Below are positions 10,941-21,545 of a stretch of DNA of 64,000 nt, one piece after another (the stretch's first letter is position 1; each line of letters starts with the position of its first letter). The DNA is taken from the NCBI GenBank assembly GCA_963753345.1, contig CAVWBU010000040.1:1-64000 (forward strand), given 5' to 3'. The position numbers and the translations under genes were made by a program. The DNA comes from an uncultured Fibrobacterota bacterium (GTDB lineage: Bacteria > Fibrobacterota > Chitinivibrionia > Chitinivibrionales > FEN-1185). The notes beneath the pieces were generated by a model. The model did no database searches and had not been told where the DNA came from. It saw only the letters and a list, made by a program, of their open reading frames with translations.

Positions 10941-11828
10941 CTAACGCGCGTGCGCCGCCTCAGCCGCCAATTCGAGCCAGCCGGTCTTTTTGATCCAGTC
11001 CTTCAGCGTTTTCAATCCGGGATGGATTTTGCGCAGAAACGCGATGTCTGCGCTATACCCCGTTGTGTTGAACCACTCCGTCATGATCGCCCATTCTTCG
11101 CTGAATGCACGGATCTGCTCAATGGGTGTCTGGACGTAAGCGACATGGCTGCCAAGCACCTCGCCGAACTCGTTCGCCATCTCCGGACCACTCAACTCAT
11201 CGCCGGCAAGGTCTATTTCCTTGCCGAGATAGTCTTCCGGCGAATCGAAGGCACGGGAGACGAATTCACCGATATCGTCCACGGCGATCATCTGAAGCCG
11301 CTTTTCCGGGGCAATTCCCATTGCCAGTGTTCCGTTCAGGATGCTTTGGCGCGAATCCGGCACCATGAGATTTTCCATAAAGTAAACCGGACGGAAGATG
11401 GTGGTTTCCAACCCGGTGTTCCTTAGGTACTGTTCCACCTCCCACTTGCTTTCAAAATGAGGAATACCGGTGCTGCGGTTTGCGCTTCCGACGCTGCTGT
11501 AGACGAAATGGCTCACCTTTGCACTCTTTGAAGCATCTGCAAGGTTTATTCCCTGCTGCGTTTCGCCCTCGGGACCATGACCCATGAAAGTCTGGACGCT
11601 GAAAACCCCGTATACCCCCATAACCGCCCTGTCCAGCGAAGACAGATCATTCAGGTCCGCTTTGATGATTTCGGCCCCGAGTTTCCCCATGACTTTCGCC
11701 GAATTACTCTCTGGATTCCGTGTAAGTGCACGAACCGCCCAGCCATTGCTCAGCAAATGGCGCGCAACCGCGCCGCCCTGTTTTCCAGTCGCGCCGGCGA
11801 CCAAAATCGTTTTCTTATTTCTATTCAT
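10941..11828 (-). CDS. NmrA/HSCARG family NAD(P)-binding protein
   Basis: ILVAGATGKQGGAVARHLL, HFVYSSVG, IPHFESKWEVE; GAGGAGG RBS. Confidence 0.93.
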   Translation of the reverse strand: MNRNKKTILVAGATGKQGGAVARHLLSNGWAVRALTRNPESNSAKVMGKLGAEIIKADLNDLSSLDRAVMGVYGVFSVQTFMGHGPEGETQQGINLADASKSAKVSHFVYSSVGSANRSTGIPHFESKWEVEQYLRNTGLETTIFRPVYFMENLMVPDSRQSILNGTLAMGIAPEKRLQMIAVDDIGEFVSRAFDSPEDYLGKEIDLAGDELSGPEMANEFGEVLGSHVAYVQTPIEQIRAFSEEWAIMTEWFNTTGYSADIAFLRKIHPGLKTLKDWIKKTGWLELAAEAAHAR

Positions 11829-11883
11829 ACCACACCTCCTCGCCATGATGGTGAATCGCTGTTTTCAAACAATGGATGAGATT

Positions 11884-11898
11884 GCAACATTTATGCCA
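11884..11898 (-). promoter_or_regulatory. Sigma-54 promoter for the NmrA-family gene
   Basis: TGGCATAAATGTTGC. Confidence 0.7.
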
Positions 11899-12089
11899 TC
11901 AAACAGCATGCTAATGCGAAGGGTTCTTTGGAAAGTTCGGGTAAGAATCCCTGTCCCATTACGGATTTGACAAAATTTTTTGCAATCCTGAGAAAGGAAT
12001 TTGTATCGAAACGACACCTCAATATAGAGAAGGTTTGTTCTTCAAATTTGCGGAAGATCATACCGTTAGTGAGCATGAGGTTTATGCCA

Positions 12090-12104
12090 CGGCATCGAAA
12101 TTGC
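12090..12104 (+). promoter_or_regulatory. Sigma-54 promoter for the RND operon
   Basis: CGGCATCGAAATTGC. Palindromes TTTGCA-ATCC-TGAGAA (11979) and ACCTCA-ATAT-AGAGAA (12016) lie between the two divergent promoters. Confidence 0.65.
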
Positions 12105-12181
12105 TTTTCTTTATGCCAGTGATTGTCGCGATAAGATCAATAAACCTCTATTTGGTTATTGCTGTTTGGCAGGAAATTTCC

Positions 12182-13735
12182 ATGGATGAAAGCTCGAAAA
12201 TGCTCCCCGTATGTCAAGGCATGACGAATGCTTCAAGGCAGATACGGCGGCGAAAAAGTCCGGTATCCAGAACACTCATTCGATTGCTTTTCGCCGTGGC
12301 TGTCCCCTTTATCGGATGCACTCACGACCTTACGAGGGTATACGGGGTATCGGGAGCTTCCCCCCACCCCGAGACCGCGTGGACTCCGCCGAAGCAAGCC
12401 ATCCAGGACCAGAATTCTCTGCGTGCGAAGGACACGGCATCCCGCGGAGATGTTTCCGGAATTCCTCGGACACTGCTCAATAACATCAACAGCCTTGCTC
12501 TTGCGGACATTGTAAACATCGCCCTCCTCAATAACAAACAGACGCGCCAGGCATGGTCGCTGGCTCGTGCGGCGGCCGCATCGTACGGAAGCAGGGCGGG
12601 ATCGTACTATCCGGACATCAGCGGAACCGCCTTTGGCGGCAACGAGCAAAATCCCTCCCTTGGGCCCGCGTTCGCCAAGGGGGCGTGGTCCTATTCCGCA
12701 ACCGCGTCGCTTTCATGGCTCGTGTTCGACTTCGGGGGGAGAAGCGCCTCGGTGCGGGAATCCCGTGAGGCGTTGTTTGCAGCGGACTTTTCCCACAATG
12801 CAACGATTCAGAACGTCATTCTGCAAGTGGAACAGGCCTACTACAATTACTTTGCCGCAAAGGGCCTTCTGGCTGCAGAGCAGTCGGCGGTTGACGAGGC
12901 GGCAACGAACGTGAGCGCGACCAACGACCGTCATGCGGCGGGCCTCTCCACCATCGCCGACGTTCTCCAGGCAAAAACCGCGCTCTCCCAGTCGACACTG
13001 ACGCTGGAGTCCCTGCGCGGACAAATTGCAACGACGCGCGGGAGCCTGGCCACCGCAATGGGGCTGGCCGCGACCATCTCGTTCGATGTGGAACTGCCGG
13101 TGGGAACTCCGCCGGCGGAGACGCGGAAGGATTCGATTCAGAAGTGCCTCGAAGTTGCTTTGCAGGAACGGCCCGATCTGGCGGGCGCCCGGGCCGCGGC
13201 GCTGGAGGCCGACGCGCACGCGTCGAGCGTGCGTACCCAGGGGTTTCCATCGGTGGCCGCGAGCGCAGGCGTGGGCAGGGCGTATATCACCAACGTGTCG
13301 AACGGGAGCACCACCTATGACGCGGGAATCACCGTCAATGTTCCGATCTTTTCGGGATTCTCGCATCACTTCGATCGGCTTGCCGCGGCCGCGCAAGCCG
13401 ATGCCGCGCGCGCCAATGCGCAAAATGTCAAGGATCTGGTGACCCTGCAGGTCTGGACAAGTTTTTACAATCTGGAGACAGCGGACCAGATGGTGCGAAC
13501 AAGCGCGGATCTTCTTACCAGTGCCTCCGAAAACCACGATGTCGCCCTGGGAAGGTACAAATCGGGCGTCGGCAGCATTCTTGACCTGCTTACGGCGCAG
13601 GCCGCGCTTGAAAGCGCCAGGGCCCAGCAGATCCAGGCGCATGCGAACTGGTGGCTCGCCCTTGCGCAACTCTCCCATGACATGGGGGTGCTTGAGGCAG
13701 GTGCACAGAGTTCCACGGCAATTCCGACACGATAA
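12182..13735 (+). CDS. TolC-family outer-membrane efflux lipoprotein
   Basis: Lipobox-like FIGC and two outer-membrane-efflux repeats (LSWLVFDFGG; VPIFSGF; RYKSGVGSILDLLTAQ). Start uncertain. Confidence 0.9.
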   Translation: MDESSKMLPVCQGMTNASRQIRRRKSPVSRTLIRLLFAVAVPFIGCTHDLTRVYGVSGASPHPETAWTPPKQAIQDQNSLRAKDTASRGDVSGIPRTLLNNINSLALADIVNIALLNNKQTRQAWSLARAAAASYGSRAGSYYPDISGTAFGGNEQNPSLGPAFAKGAWSYSATASLSWLVFDFGGRSASVRESREALFAADFSHNATIQNVILQVEQAYYNYFAAKGLLAAEQSAVDEAATNVSATNDRHAAGLSTIADVLQAKTALSQSTLTLESLRGQIATTRGSLATAMGLAATISFDVELPVGTPPAETRKDSIQKCLEVALQERPDLAGARAAALEADAHASSVRTQGFPSVAASAGVGRAYITNVSNGSTTYDAGITVNVPIFSGFSHHFDRLAAAAQADAARANAQNVKDLVTLQVWTSFYNLETADQMVRTSADLLTSASENHDVALGRYKSGVGSILDLLTAQAALESARAQQIQAHANWWLALAQLSHDMGVLEAGAQSSTAIPTR

Positions 13736-13756
13736 TACGGAAAGGACAGGGCAGTC

Positions 13757-14896
13757 ATGCATCATTCGGCGAAAAACGAACTGTTCACCGGGCTTGCCAT
13801 TCTGGTTGTGGTCCTCGGCACGCTGAACTGCGCAAAGAAGGGCCCCGGCCAGGCGGCCGCGTTTGCTGCGCCCGTCTTGGCCGAGGCCGCTGCTGCCATG
13901 GACGTCCCCGTTGAACTGCGGCAAACCGGAACCGTGGAACCGATCAACAGTGTTTCGATTACCGCCCGGGTGGGCGGCCAGCTCCTCAGGGTAGACTTTA
14001 CAGAAGGAGAAAACGTCTCCAAAGACAAGCTGTTGTTTCAGATCGACCCGGCGCCTTTCCGGGCCGCTCTTTCGCAGGCGCAGGCGAACCTCGCCCGCGA
14101 CATGGCCGCCTTATCTAATGCAAACGCCGACGTTGCGCGCTACGCCGGCCTGGTTGAGAAAGACTACGTTACCAAGCAGGCTTACGACGCAGCGGTGTCG
14201 TCCGCAGCCGAGGCGAAGGCGATGGTCGAGGCCGATTCGGCAATGGTTCAGAACGCGCGCCTCAACCTTGACTACTGCACCATCCGGTCACCCATCGAAG
14301 GCAGAACCGGACCGGTACTTGTCAAGGAGGGAAACCTTGTCGTCGCCAATGCACCCTCGCCGCTGGTGACCATCAACCAGATATCGCCCATCAACGTCCA
14401 GTTCACCGTGCCGGAGAGCAGCCTCGGTGAAGTGCGCGCACGCAAACGCGAGGCGAGCCTCAGAGTTTGGGCATGCATTCCTCCGGATTCGGCGCGCATG
14501 TTCTACGGAACGCTCACGTTCGTCGACAATCAGGTGGACCCGGCCACAGGAACGTTACTGCTCAAGGCCACCTTCGAAAACCGCGACAGGACCCTGTGGC
14601 CGGGCCAGTTCGTGCGGACGGGCCTCGTGCTCGCCACCCTGCACAACGCGACTGTGGTACCTGCGGCCGCGATCCAATCGTCGCAGGAGGGGGACTATGT
14701 GTACATCGTGGCGCCCGGCGACACGGCAGTCTTTCGTCCGGTGGTGAAAGGGCCGTCGTTCGACCGGTGGGTCGCCATCGAAAAAGGCGTTGCCACCGGA
14801 GAACGGGTGATCACCGACGGACAATTGGGAATCCGGCAGGGATCAAAAGTCAACATCCGGACAGCCGTGGCGACTGCCGCGGCAAAGAACAAATAG
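13757..14896 (+). CDS. RND periplasmic adaptor (MdtA-like)
   Basis: ITARVGGQL, LFQIDP, YCTIRSPIEGRTG, VDNQVDPATGT, LWPGQFV. Confidence 0.93.
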   Translation: MHHSAKNELFTGLAILVVVLGTLNCAKKGPGQAAAFAAPVLAEAAAAMDVPVELRQTGTVEPINSVSITARVGGQLLRVDFTEGENVSKDKLLFQIDPAPFRAALSQAQANLARDMAALSNANADVARYAGLVEKDYVTKQAYDAAVSSAAEAKAMVEADSAMVQNARLNLDYCTIRSPIEGRTGPVLVKEGNLVVANAPSPLVTINQISPINVQFTVPESSLGEVRARKREASLRVWACIPPDSARMFYGTLTFVDNQVDPATGTLLLKATFENRDRTLWPGQFVRTGLVLATLHNATVVPAAAIQSSQEGDYVYIVAPGDTAVFRPVVKGPSFDRWVAIEKGVATGERVITDGQLGIRQGSKVNIRTAVATAAAKNK

Positions 14897-14973
14897 GGAC
14901 ACTGGCGATTTGAAACGGTGCGAGTGGACTTCTTGACAACAGAAATTACCCATGATCGTTCGGGGAGTGATGT

Positions 14974-17900
14974 ATGAACCTGTCAAGCATATTTATCCGG
15001 CGTCCCGTCATGACGACGCTTGTCATGCTCGGCATCCTCCTGTTCGGGTATATCGCCTACCGTAATCTGCCGGTGAGCGACCTGCCGTCAGTGGATTTTC
15101 CGGCCATTTTCGTGATCGCCTCGCTGCCCGGCGCCACGCCCGAGACCATGGCCGCTGCGGTGGCCACGCCGCTGGAGCAACAATTTTCCTCCATTGCGGG
15201 AATCAGTTCGATGAGCTCGGTGAGCCGGTCGGGCGTAACTCAGATCACGATCCTTTTTTCGCTGGAGCGCAACATCGACGCAGCGGCGCAGGATGTGCAG
15301 TCGGCAATTTCGCTCGCGCAACGCCTGCTCCCTCCCAATATGCCGAGCCCGCCCTCGTACCGCAAGGTAAACCCGGCCGACCAGCCCATATTGTACCTCG
15401 CGCTGCGGTCCACAACGCTCCCCCTGTATGCGCTTGACGAATACGGAGAGGCCATGCTCGCCGAGCAGATCTCCATGGTAAACGGGGTCGCCCAGGTGCA
15501 GGTCTACGGGGCGCAGAAATACGCGGTGCGGGTGCAGGTGGATCCCGACGCGCTCGCGACCAAGGGCATCGGCATCGACGACGTGCAGAACGCCATTACC
15601 GACGCAAACGTGAACCTGCCCACCGGATTGCTTGACGGATCGAAGAAATCGTACGCCGTTCTCGCAACGGGGCAGCTCTACAACGCCGGCGCCTACAAGG
15701 GAATCATCGTCGCCTACCGCAACGGCAGGCCGGTGCGGCTCGAGGAAGTGGGCGACGCGGTCGACGGCGTGCAGAACAACAAGACCGCAGCGTGGTTCGT
15801 GGACCAGCGGGGGATCATTCTGGCGGTGCAGCGCCAGCCCGGCACCAACACCGTGGCGGTCACCCAGGCGGTAAAGGCGCTGCTGCCGTCCTTTCGCGCC
15901 AAGCTCCCTGCCGCCGTGGACATGCAGATACTCTTCGACCGCTCCGAGACGATAAAGCAGTCGGTGATTGACGTGCAGCGAACGCTCCTCATCGCGCTGC
16001 TGCTTGTGGTCCTCGTTATATTCGCGTTCCTCAGAAACCCGTCCGCCACACTTATTCCGTCTCTCGCGCTCCCCCTGTCGGTCGTCGGCACCTTTGCGGT
16101 AATGAACCGGCTGGGATTCTCGCTCGACAACCTGTCGCTGATGGCGCTCACCCTGTCGATCGGCTTCGTGGTCGACGACGCCATCGTGATGCTCGAAAAC
16201 GTCGTGCGGCACATGGAGCTCGGGGAGAAGCCGCTCGAAGCGGCGCTCAACGGTTCGCGGGAAATAAGCTTCACCATTCTGTCCATGACGCTTTCGCTGG
16301 TGGCCGTGTTTATTCCCGTGCTTTTCATGGGCGGCATCATCGGCAGGCTGTTCAACGAATTCGCGGTCACGATCGCAGCGGCGATTCTCTTTTCCGGGTT
16401 CGTTTCGCTCACCCTCACGCCCATGCTTGCCAGCCGCTTTGTCCGGGCGCCGCAGGACGTTCGCCACGGAAGGCTCTACACCGTCACCGAGGGGTGGTTT
16501 TCGGCCCTGCGCAACGCGTACGCCAAGGGGCTTTCGTGGTCCCTGTCGCACAAGAGGGTCACCCTTGTCGGATCGATGGCGGTCCTCATACTCACCGGCT
16601 TCCTGTTTGTTAAGATACCAAAGGGGTTCTTCCCCAGCGAAGACACCGACCGGCTCGTGGGCATCACGCAGGCGCAGGAGGGAATTTCCTTCGACGACAT
16701 GAAGCGCCACCAGCTGTCGGCAATGGCCGTGATCCAGAAGGACAGAAACGTTGACGCATTCATGTCGAACGTCGGAGGGTTCCTTGCCTCCAACCAGGGG
16801 GTACTCTTTATCCGGCTGGTCCCGCGTTCGCACCGCAAGCTGGACGCCGACCGTGTGCTTCAGGAATTGCGTCCCAAGCTTGCGCAGATCCCCGGACTAC
16901 GGGTATTTCTCCAGAACCCCGCGCCGATCTCCTTCGGAGCGACCATTTCACAAAGTCAGTACCAGTACACGCTTCAGGGCTCCGACATCGGGAAACTGTA
17001 CCGGGTTGCCCAGGGTGTGACGGAACGGATGCAGCGGATGAAAGGGCTCCAGGACGTAACCAGCGACCTTCTCATCCGAAACCCCCAGGTAAACGTGGTG
17101 ATCGACCGGGACAAGGCATCCTCGCTCGGCGTGTCGGCCGCCAAGATCGAATCGGCGCTTGCAGGCGCCTATTCGTCGGGGCAAATCTCAACCATTTACG
17201 CGCCGAACAACGAGTACTGGGTCATTCTCGAGCTGCTTCCCAAATATCAACTGGACCCGGCGAATCTTTCGTCCTTGTACGTTCATTCGTCGTCCGGACG
17301 GCTCGTGCCGCTCGGCGAGGTGGCCTCCATCACCCAGAACACGGGCCCGGCAGCGGTCAACCACTACGGACAGCTTCCGTCGGTGACGATTTCGTTCAAC
17401 CTGGCGCCGGGGACCGCGCTCGGCACTGCGGTAAGTCAGGTGCAAAGCCTTGGACACGACATGATTCCTGCCGACATCACGACGACCTTTCAGGGCACGG
17501 CACAGGCCTTTCAATCGTCGTTCGCCGGACTCGGGCTGCTCCTCATCATTGCCATATTCGTTATTTACCTCGTGCTGGGCATCCTGTACGAGAGTTTTGT
17601 CCACCCCGTCACCATTCTTTCGGCGCTTCCGTTCGCAGGGTTCGGCGCGCTCATTACACTGCTCATCTTCAACGTTGAGCTCAGCATCTATGCCTTTGTC
17701 GGCATCATCATGCTCGTGGGACTTGTCAAGAAGAACGGCATCATGATGATCGACTTCGCGCTGCACGCCCAGCACGACCGCGGAAAGCCGCCGCGCGACG
17801 CAATCTACGAGGCATGCCTCATACGATTTCGCCCCATCATGATGACCACCATGTCGGCGCTCATGGGAACACTGCCGATCGCCATCGGGCTCGGGGCCGG

Positions 17901-18051
17901 TTCGGAATCGAGACGGCCCCTCGGGCTTGCCGTGGTGGGAGGCCTTCTCTTTTCGCAATTCCTCACGCTTTTCGTGACGCCGGTGTTCTATTTGTATTTT
18001 GACCGCTTTCAGACAAGAATCGGGGGAATCTTCCGGCGGAGAAAAGGGTAA
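14974..18051 (+). CDS. RND efflux permease (MdtB/MdtC-like)
   Basis: FIRRPVMT, GFVVDDAIVMLEN, GLVKKNGIMMIDFA, RFRPIMMTT; 1025 aa. Confidence 0.96.
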   Translation: MNLSSIFIRRPVMTTLVMLGILLFGYIAYRNLPVSDLPSVDFPAIFVIASLPGATPETMAAAVATPLEQQFSSIAGISSMSSVSRSGVTQITILFSLERNIDAAAQDVQSAISLAQRLLPPNMPSPPSYRKVNPADQPILYLALRSTTLPLYALDEYGEAMLAEQISMVNGVAQVQVYGAQKYAVRVQVDPDALATKGIGIDDVQNAITDANVNLPTGLLDGSKKSYAVLATGQLYNAGAYKGIIVAYRNGRPVRLEEVGDAVDGVQNNKTAAWFVDQRGIILAVQRQPGTNTVAVTQAVKALLPSFRAKLPAAVDMQILFDRSETIKQSVIDVQRTLLIALLLVVLVIFAFLRNPSATLIPSLALPLSVVGTFAVMNRLGFSLDNLSLMALTLSIGFVVDDAIVMLENVVRHMELGEKPLEAALNGSREISFTILSMTLSLVAVFIPVLFMGGIIGRLFNEFAVTIAAAILFSGFVSLTLTPMLASRFVRAPQDVRHGRLYTVTEGWFSALRNAYAKGLSWSLSHKRVTLVGSMAVLILTGFLFVKIPKGFFPSEDTDRLVGITQAQEGISFDDMKRHQLSAMAVIQKDRNVDAFMSNVGGFLASNQGVLFIRLVPRSHRKLDADRVLQELRPKLAQIPGLRVFLQNPAPISFGATISQSQYQYTLQGSDIGKLYRVAQGVTERMQRMKGLQDVTSDLLIRNPQVNVVIDRDKASSLGVSAAKIESALAGAYSSGQISTIYAPNNEYWVILELLPKYQLDPANLSSLYVHSSSGRLVPLGEVASITQNTGPAAVNHYGQLPSVTISFNLAPGTALGTAVSQVQSLGHDMIPADITTTFQGTAQAFQSSFAGLGLLLIIAIFVIYLVLGILYESFVHPVTILSALPFAGFGALITLLIFNVELSIYAFVGIIMLVGLVKKNGIMMIDFALHAQHDRGKPPRDAIYEACLIRFRPIMMTTMSALMGTLPIAIGLGAGSESRRPLGLAVVGGLLFSQFLTLFVTPVFYLYFDRFQTRIGGIFRRRKG

Positions 18052-18190
18052 TGGTTCCTGAAGCGGCGGCGCAGGCCCGCCGACAAAATCGCGGGCCCTC
18101 TTTGCATGCGGAGCGGCTAAACTGCCACAGCCGAAGACGGCGGCACAAACGTTTTGTCAATGCAGCAGGAAATTAATGCAAAGGCCCCGT

Positions 18191-18664
18191 CTACGAATAG
18201 AACATCCCCTTCCGCTCGGGGCGCAGCTCGGGAATCGGAATAGCCCGGGAGGCGTTGCCGGGACCTTGTTCGAGCTCCGGATAACGTATGAGGAGCATTT
18301 TTATTCTCCTCACACCGTCCGACCCGAAGGCGGCGACCAGTCGTTTCTTGATTTTTGCTACAACCGGGTCCATTGCCGACCTCGCCACTTCGGTGCAGAT
18401 GATGCCGAGAACCGCATTCCGCCGATACCATCCCTTCACATCGATGTCGCGGGTGGTTGCCTCCAGAGTCCTGGCAAGGGTCTCCATCAGCGCTTCCGCG
18501 GGCCCACCCCTATCGCTCAGCAATTCACCAACGTCAAGAAACACAAGCAGGAAGGGCCTTCCCGTGCGTTCGGTGCGTTTGCGTTCGAGCACGAGCGTGC
18601 GATGAAAGTATTCCTCGGAGCAGATCGATTCGGTTTGAGGTTCGTCGGTCAAGGTTTCGTTCAC
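18191..18664 (-). CDS. Stand-alone degenerate GGDEF-like protein
   Basis: YFHRTLVLERKRTERTGRPFLLVFLD...TRDIDVKGWY: GGDEF-like scaffold with RxxD but no GGDEF loop. Paralog at 43237. Confidence 0.7.
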   Translation of the reverse strand: MNETLTDEPQTESICSEEYFHRTLVLERKRTERTGRPFLLVFLDVGELLSDRGGPAEALMETLARTLEATTRDIDVKGWYRRNAVLGIICTEVARSAMDPVVAKIKKRLVAAFGSDGVRRIKMLLIRYPELEQGPGNASRAIPIPELRPERKGMFYS

Positions 18665-18812
18665 GCGGTGCCTTCCTTTCCAGATTGGCGCAAGCGCGGC
18701 GCGTTTGCGCGAGTTATATGGTTCCTCCCCCCTGCGCTTTGTTTGCGGCAGAGGACGTTAGCATTGCAGCAAGGCCGGCGAAGGCCAGGGCTTTCCTTTA
18801 AGAAATAGCTTT

Positions 18813-18827
18813 GCAAGTATCGTTCCA
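18813..18827 (-). promoter_or_regulatory. Sigma-54 promoter
   Basis: TGGAACGATACTTGC. Confidence 0.6.
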
Positions 18828-18888
18828 ATAGATTTCCGCAAAAGAAGAAGGCCCTGCTACGCTCAAATATTTTCACAGGGAGGCAACT

Positions 18889-18904
18889 TTCTCATTCTTG
18901 AGAA
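18889..18904. promoter_or_regulatory. Perfect palindromic activator site
   Basis: TTCTCA-TTCT-TGAGAA. Confidence 0.6.
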
Positions 18905-19130
18905 TGTTTCTGGGACAGGAGGGGATTTGTCACACGGGGGGGACCTGAAAACTCCCCAACCCGGACGATTCGATTCTTCGGTTTTTCCCCTAAACCGTCC
19001 CACGTAACCCGGATGCTTGCAAAAATATGCAATAAAATTCTTCAGCCAATTTCTACATTTTTTCGTTAATACCTCCAGCTTTTCCCTCGTAATATCATAA
19101 AAAGGAGATGATATGGAGGAGGTGATTGAT

Positions 19131-19571
19131 ATGTCAGAACTTATCAGGTACGAATGGCCGGGAACATCGCTGGCACCGATGTTCGAGGATTTCTTTGAAG
19201 ACAGCTTTTTCGACAGGTGGGACCGTGATTTCAGCGGGACCATGTGGCCGCGCGTGGATATTGTCGAGCGGCCGGATTCATTTGTGCTGAGGGCGGACCT
19301 ACCCGGATTGGAAAAGGACGACATTTCGATAAGCGTTGACAACAGGACGCTTACCATCAGCGGCAAGAAAGAGGAAACCAAGCGGGAGACCAAGAAGGGG
19401 TCTTACTATCATATGGAAAGGAGTTTCGGGAGGTTCTGCAGGTCGTTTACTCTTCCTTCGCATGTTGACGACAAGAAAGTGGAGGCCCATTTCAGGAACG
19501 GTGTTCTTGAACTTTTCCTTAAGAAAACCGGGGAGGCGGTTTCTAAAGCGATTGAAGTGAAGGTTGACTGA
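19131..19571 (+). CDS. Hsp20/alpha-crystallin small heat-shock protein
   Basis: PRVDIVE, ADLPGLEKDDI, ERSFGRFCRSFTLP, FRNGVLE; GGAGGAGG RBS. Confidence 0.95.
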   Translation: MSELIRYEWPGTSLAPMFEDFFEDSFFDRWDRDFSGTMWPRVDIVERPDSFVLRADLPGLEKDDISISVDNRTLTISGKKEETKRETKKGSYYHMERSFGRFCRSFTLPSHVDDKKVEAHFRNGVLELFLKKTGEAVSKAIEVKVD

Positions 19572-19620
19572 CAATGTAACAGGTTGGTTTCGCAGCCGTT
19601 GAAAAGGTTGCGAAAAAGGT

Positions 19621-19663
19621 GAGGCTGGGGCAGAGCAATTGGTTTTCCAGCCTCGCTTTTTTT
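19621..19663 (+). terminator. Rho-independent terminator after the Hsp20 gene
   Basis: GAGGCTGG...CCAGCCTC stem followed by a T7 tract. Confidence 0.6.
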
Positions 19664-19874
19664 ATAACTGATGCGAGAACACTCGGGGACTTGAAGCGAT
19701 AACTTGCAGATTCGTTTTCCCAAACCCTTGTTCGCAAAAACAGGAATTTCTTTCCAATTTTAGGAATTCGACTTCTCTTCCTCTACCCTTTTTACAATTG
19801 CCAAACCCTGACCTCAAGCACCGCGGATGCGTGCGCTTTCGCATTCAGCATCCAACCTGTCCTTTCAGGGAATC

Positions 19875-19889
19875 TGGCATCATCTTAGC
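19875..19889 (+). promoter_or_regulatory. Sigma-54-like promoter
   Basis: TGGCATCATCTTAGC. Upstream palindromes TTCGCA-AAAA-CAGGAA (19731) and TTTCCA-ATTT-TAGGAA (19751). Confidence 0.55.
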
Positions 19890-19964
19890 TTTCTCTAGGG
19901 ATTTGTACCCTTCGAGCACATCATTCACGTAGGCTTTGCAATCTTTTTCCAAAGAGGACCCACA

Positions 19965-20744
19965 ATGAAAAAGACATTGGTGGTGGTATCACTCATCCTT
20001 CTTTCACTTTCTGCAGAGGGGAAAATGAAAACAGAGGAATGCACCTACAAGCTTGACACAACGACATTCAAAGGGTTCCTTGCCTATGATGACGCGGTCA
20101 AGGGAAAACGGCCCGGAGTGCTCGTGGTGCACGAATGGTGGGGACTCAACGATTTTGCCAAAACGCAGGCAAAGAAGCTCGCCGAGATGGGATACGTGGC
20201 GCTGGCGGCCGACATGTACGGCAACGGTATGAACACCACCGATCCCAAAGTCGCCGGCGCCTTGGCCCATTCGTTACGCGGCACACCGCAAATGCGAGAG
20301 AGAGCTTTTGCGGGATTGTCGGCGCTTATGCGCCGGGCGGAAGTGGACTCGAACCGCGTCGCGGCCATAGGGTTCTGCTTTGGCGGTTCGGCGGTGCTGG
20401 ACCTCGCCTATGGAGGCGCAAACGTCAAGGGAGTGGTGACGTTTCACGGCGGTCTGTTTTCACCGAAGGAACAGGACATTAAGAACATCAAAACCAAAGT
20501 CCTTGTCCTGCATGGCGCCGACGACCCGACCATGCCTCGGGATACCGTACTCGCATTCCAGGAATCCATGCGGAAATCGGGCGCGGACTGGCAGATGGTC
20601 TATTACGGAAACGCGGTGCATGGATTTACAAATCCCGCCAACGGCACCGTCAACAGCAAAGGCGCGGCATACAACCAGCTTGCAGCGCAACGTTCATGGA
20701 AAGCAATGGAGGAATTTCTCAAAGAGGTTTTCAAGGCAAAGTGA
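19965..20744 (+). CDS. Dienelactone hydrolase family protein, exported
   Basis: Signal peptide, VHEWWGLN, GFCFGG nucleophile, HGADD, AVHGF. Confidence 0.93.
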   Translation: MKKTLVVVSLILLSLSAEGKMKTEECTYKLDTTTFKGFLAYDDAVKGKRPGVLVVHEWWGLNDFAKTQAKKLAEMGYVALAADMYGNGMNTTDPKVAGALAHSLRGTPQMRERAFAGLSALMRRAEVDSNRVAAIGFCFGGSAVLDLAYGGANVKGVVTFHGGLFSPKEQDIKNIKTKVLVLHGADDPTMPRDTVLAFQESMRKSGADWQMVYYGNAVHGFTNPANGTVNSKGAAYNQLAAQRSWKAMEEFLKEVFKAK

Positions 20745-20929
20745 CGTAGGGAAGGCAAGATCCTCCTTTACGTCCTTTGGAATATGTCAACTTTCCGTCC
20801 TATCTCCCGCCGCAAGCGTGGCGGCGTATTTTGCATTCTTTCTGGTTTCTCGAGGCGCCACAACCGCGGCCTCATTTCTGGCAGCCGTTGTGCCGGCCGC
20901 GATCTATTTTTTCAAAAGGAAGGACGAGT

Positions 20930-21490
20930 ATGAAAGAACTGGTCAGGTGCAAATCCTGCGGCTTTGTCATGGAAAAGGGAAAACTGCACGGCAAGTGTCC
21001 GGCGTGCGGCGTGCCCGACAAGATGTTCGAGCCGTATTCGGAAAAGATCGCTCCCTTCCGAAAATTCATGCTCTCACTCGACATGCACCCGGTGCTCGTG
21101 CATTTTCCCCAGGCCTTTACCGCAACGGTGCTGCTTCTTTCGCTTTTCGCAATGGTCTCACAGGGACCGGTCCGCGAACGGATCGTCTGCACCGTCACGC
21201 TCCTTGGAATCGTACTCCCCTTCACGGTGCTCCTTGCTTTTTGCGCCGGCCTGCTGGACGGTAAAATCCGTTTCCGCCGCGTCACCACGCCGCTTCTGGT
21301 TCGAAAAATGGTTTTCGGCTCGGTGTTTTTCCTGTTCTCATGCGGCATTTCCGCGGCAATACTGGCGTTGCCTGTTACTGCACCGTCAACACTCTTGATC
21401 GTTGCCGGCCTAAGTCTCGTTGCCCTGGGTTGCGCTTCGTACCTTGCCTTGATGGGCGTCAGCCTTCTCAATTCGAAATTCCCGGGATAG
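20930..21490 (+). CDS. Rubredoxin-like domain fused to a DUF2231-type membrane domain
   Basis: CKSCG...CPACG, then HPVLVHFP and four TM helices. Confidence 0.75.
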   Translation: MKELVRCKSCGFVMEKGKLHGKCPACGVPDKMFEPYSEKIAPFRKFMLSLDMHPVLVHFPQAFTATVLLLSLFAMVSQGPVRERIVCTVTLLGIVLPFTVLLAFCAGLLDGKIRFRRVTTPLLVRKMVFGSVFFLFSCGISAAILALPVTAPSTLLIVAGLSLVALGCASYLALMGVSLLNSKFPG

Positions 21491-21545
21491 CGGACGATAC
21501 GGACCAGTAGTTAGATACAATTTAAATCAAAGAGGGAGGTTGTAT

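Noticed and set aside
19017-19032. TTGCA-N6-TGCAA palindrome upstream of the Hsp20 gene as CIRCE or FNR box
   Set aside because: Matches neither TTAGCACTC-N9-GAGTGCTAA nor TTGAT-N4-ATCAA, and is a single occurrence.
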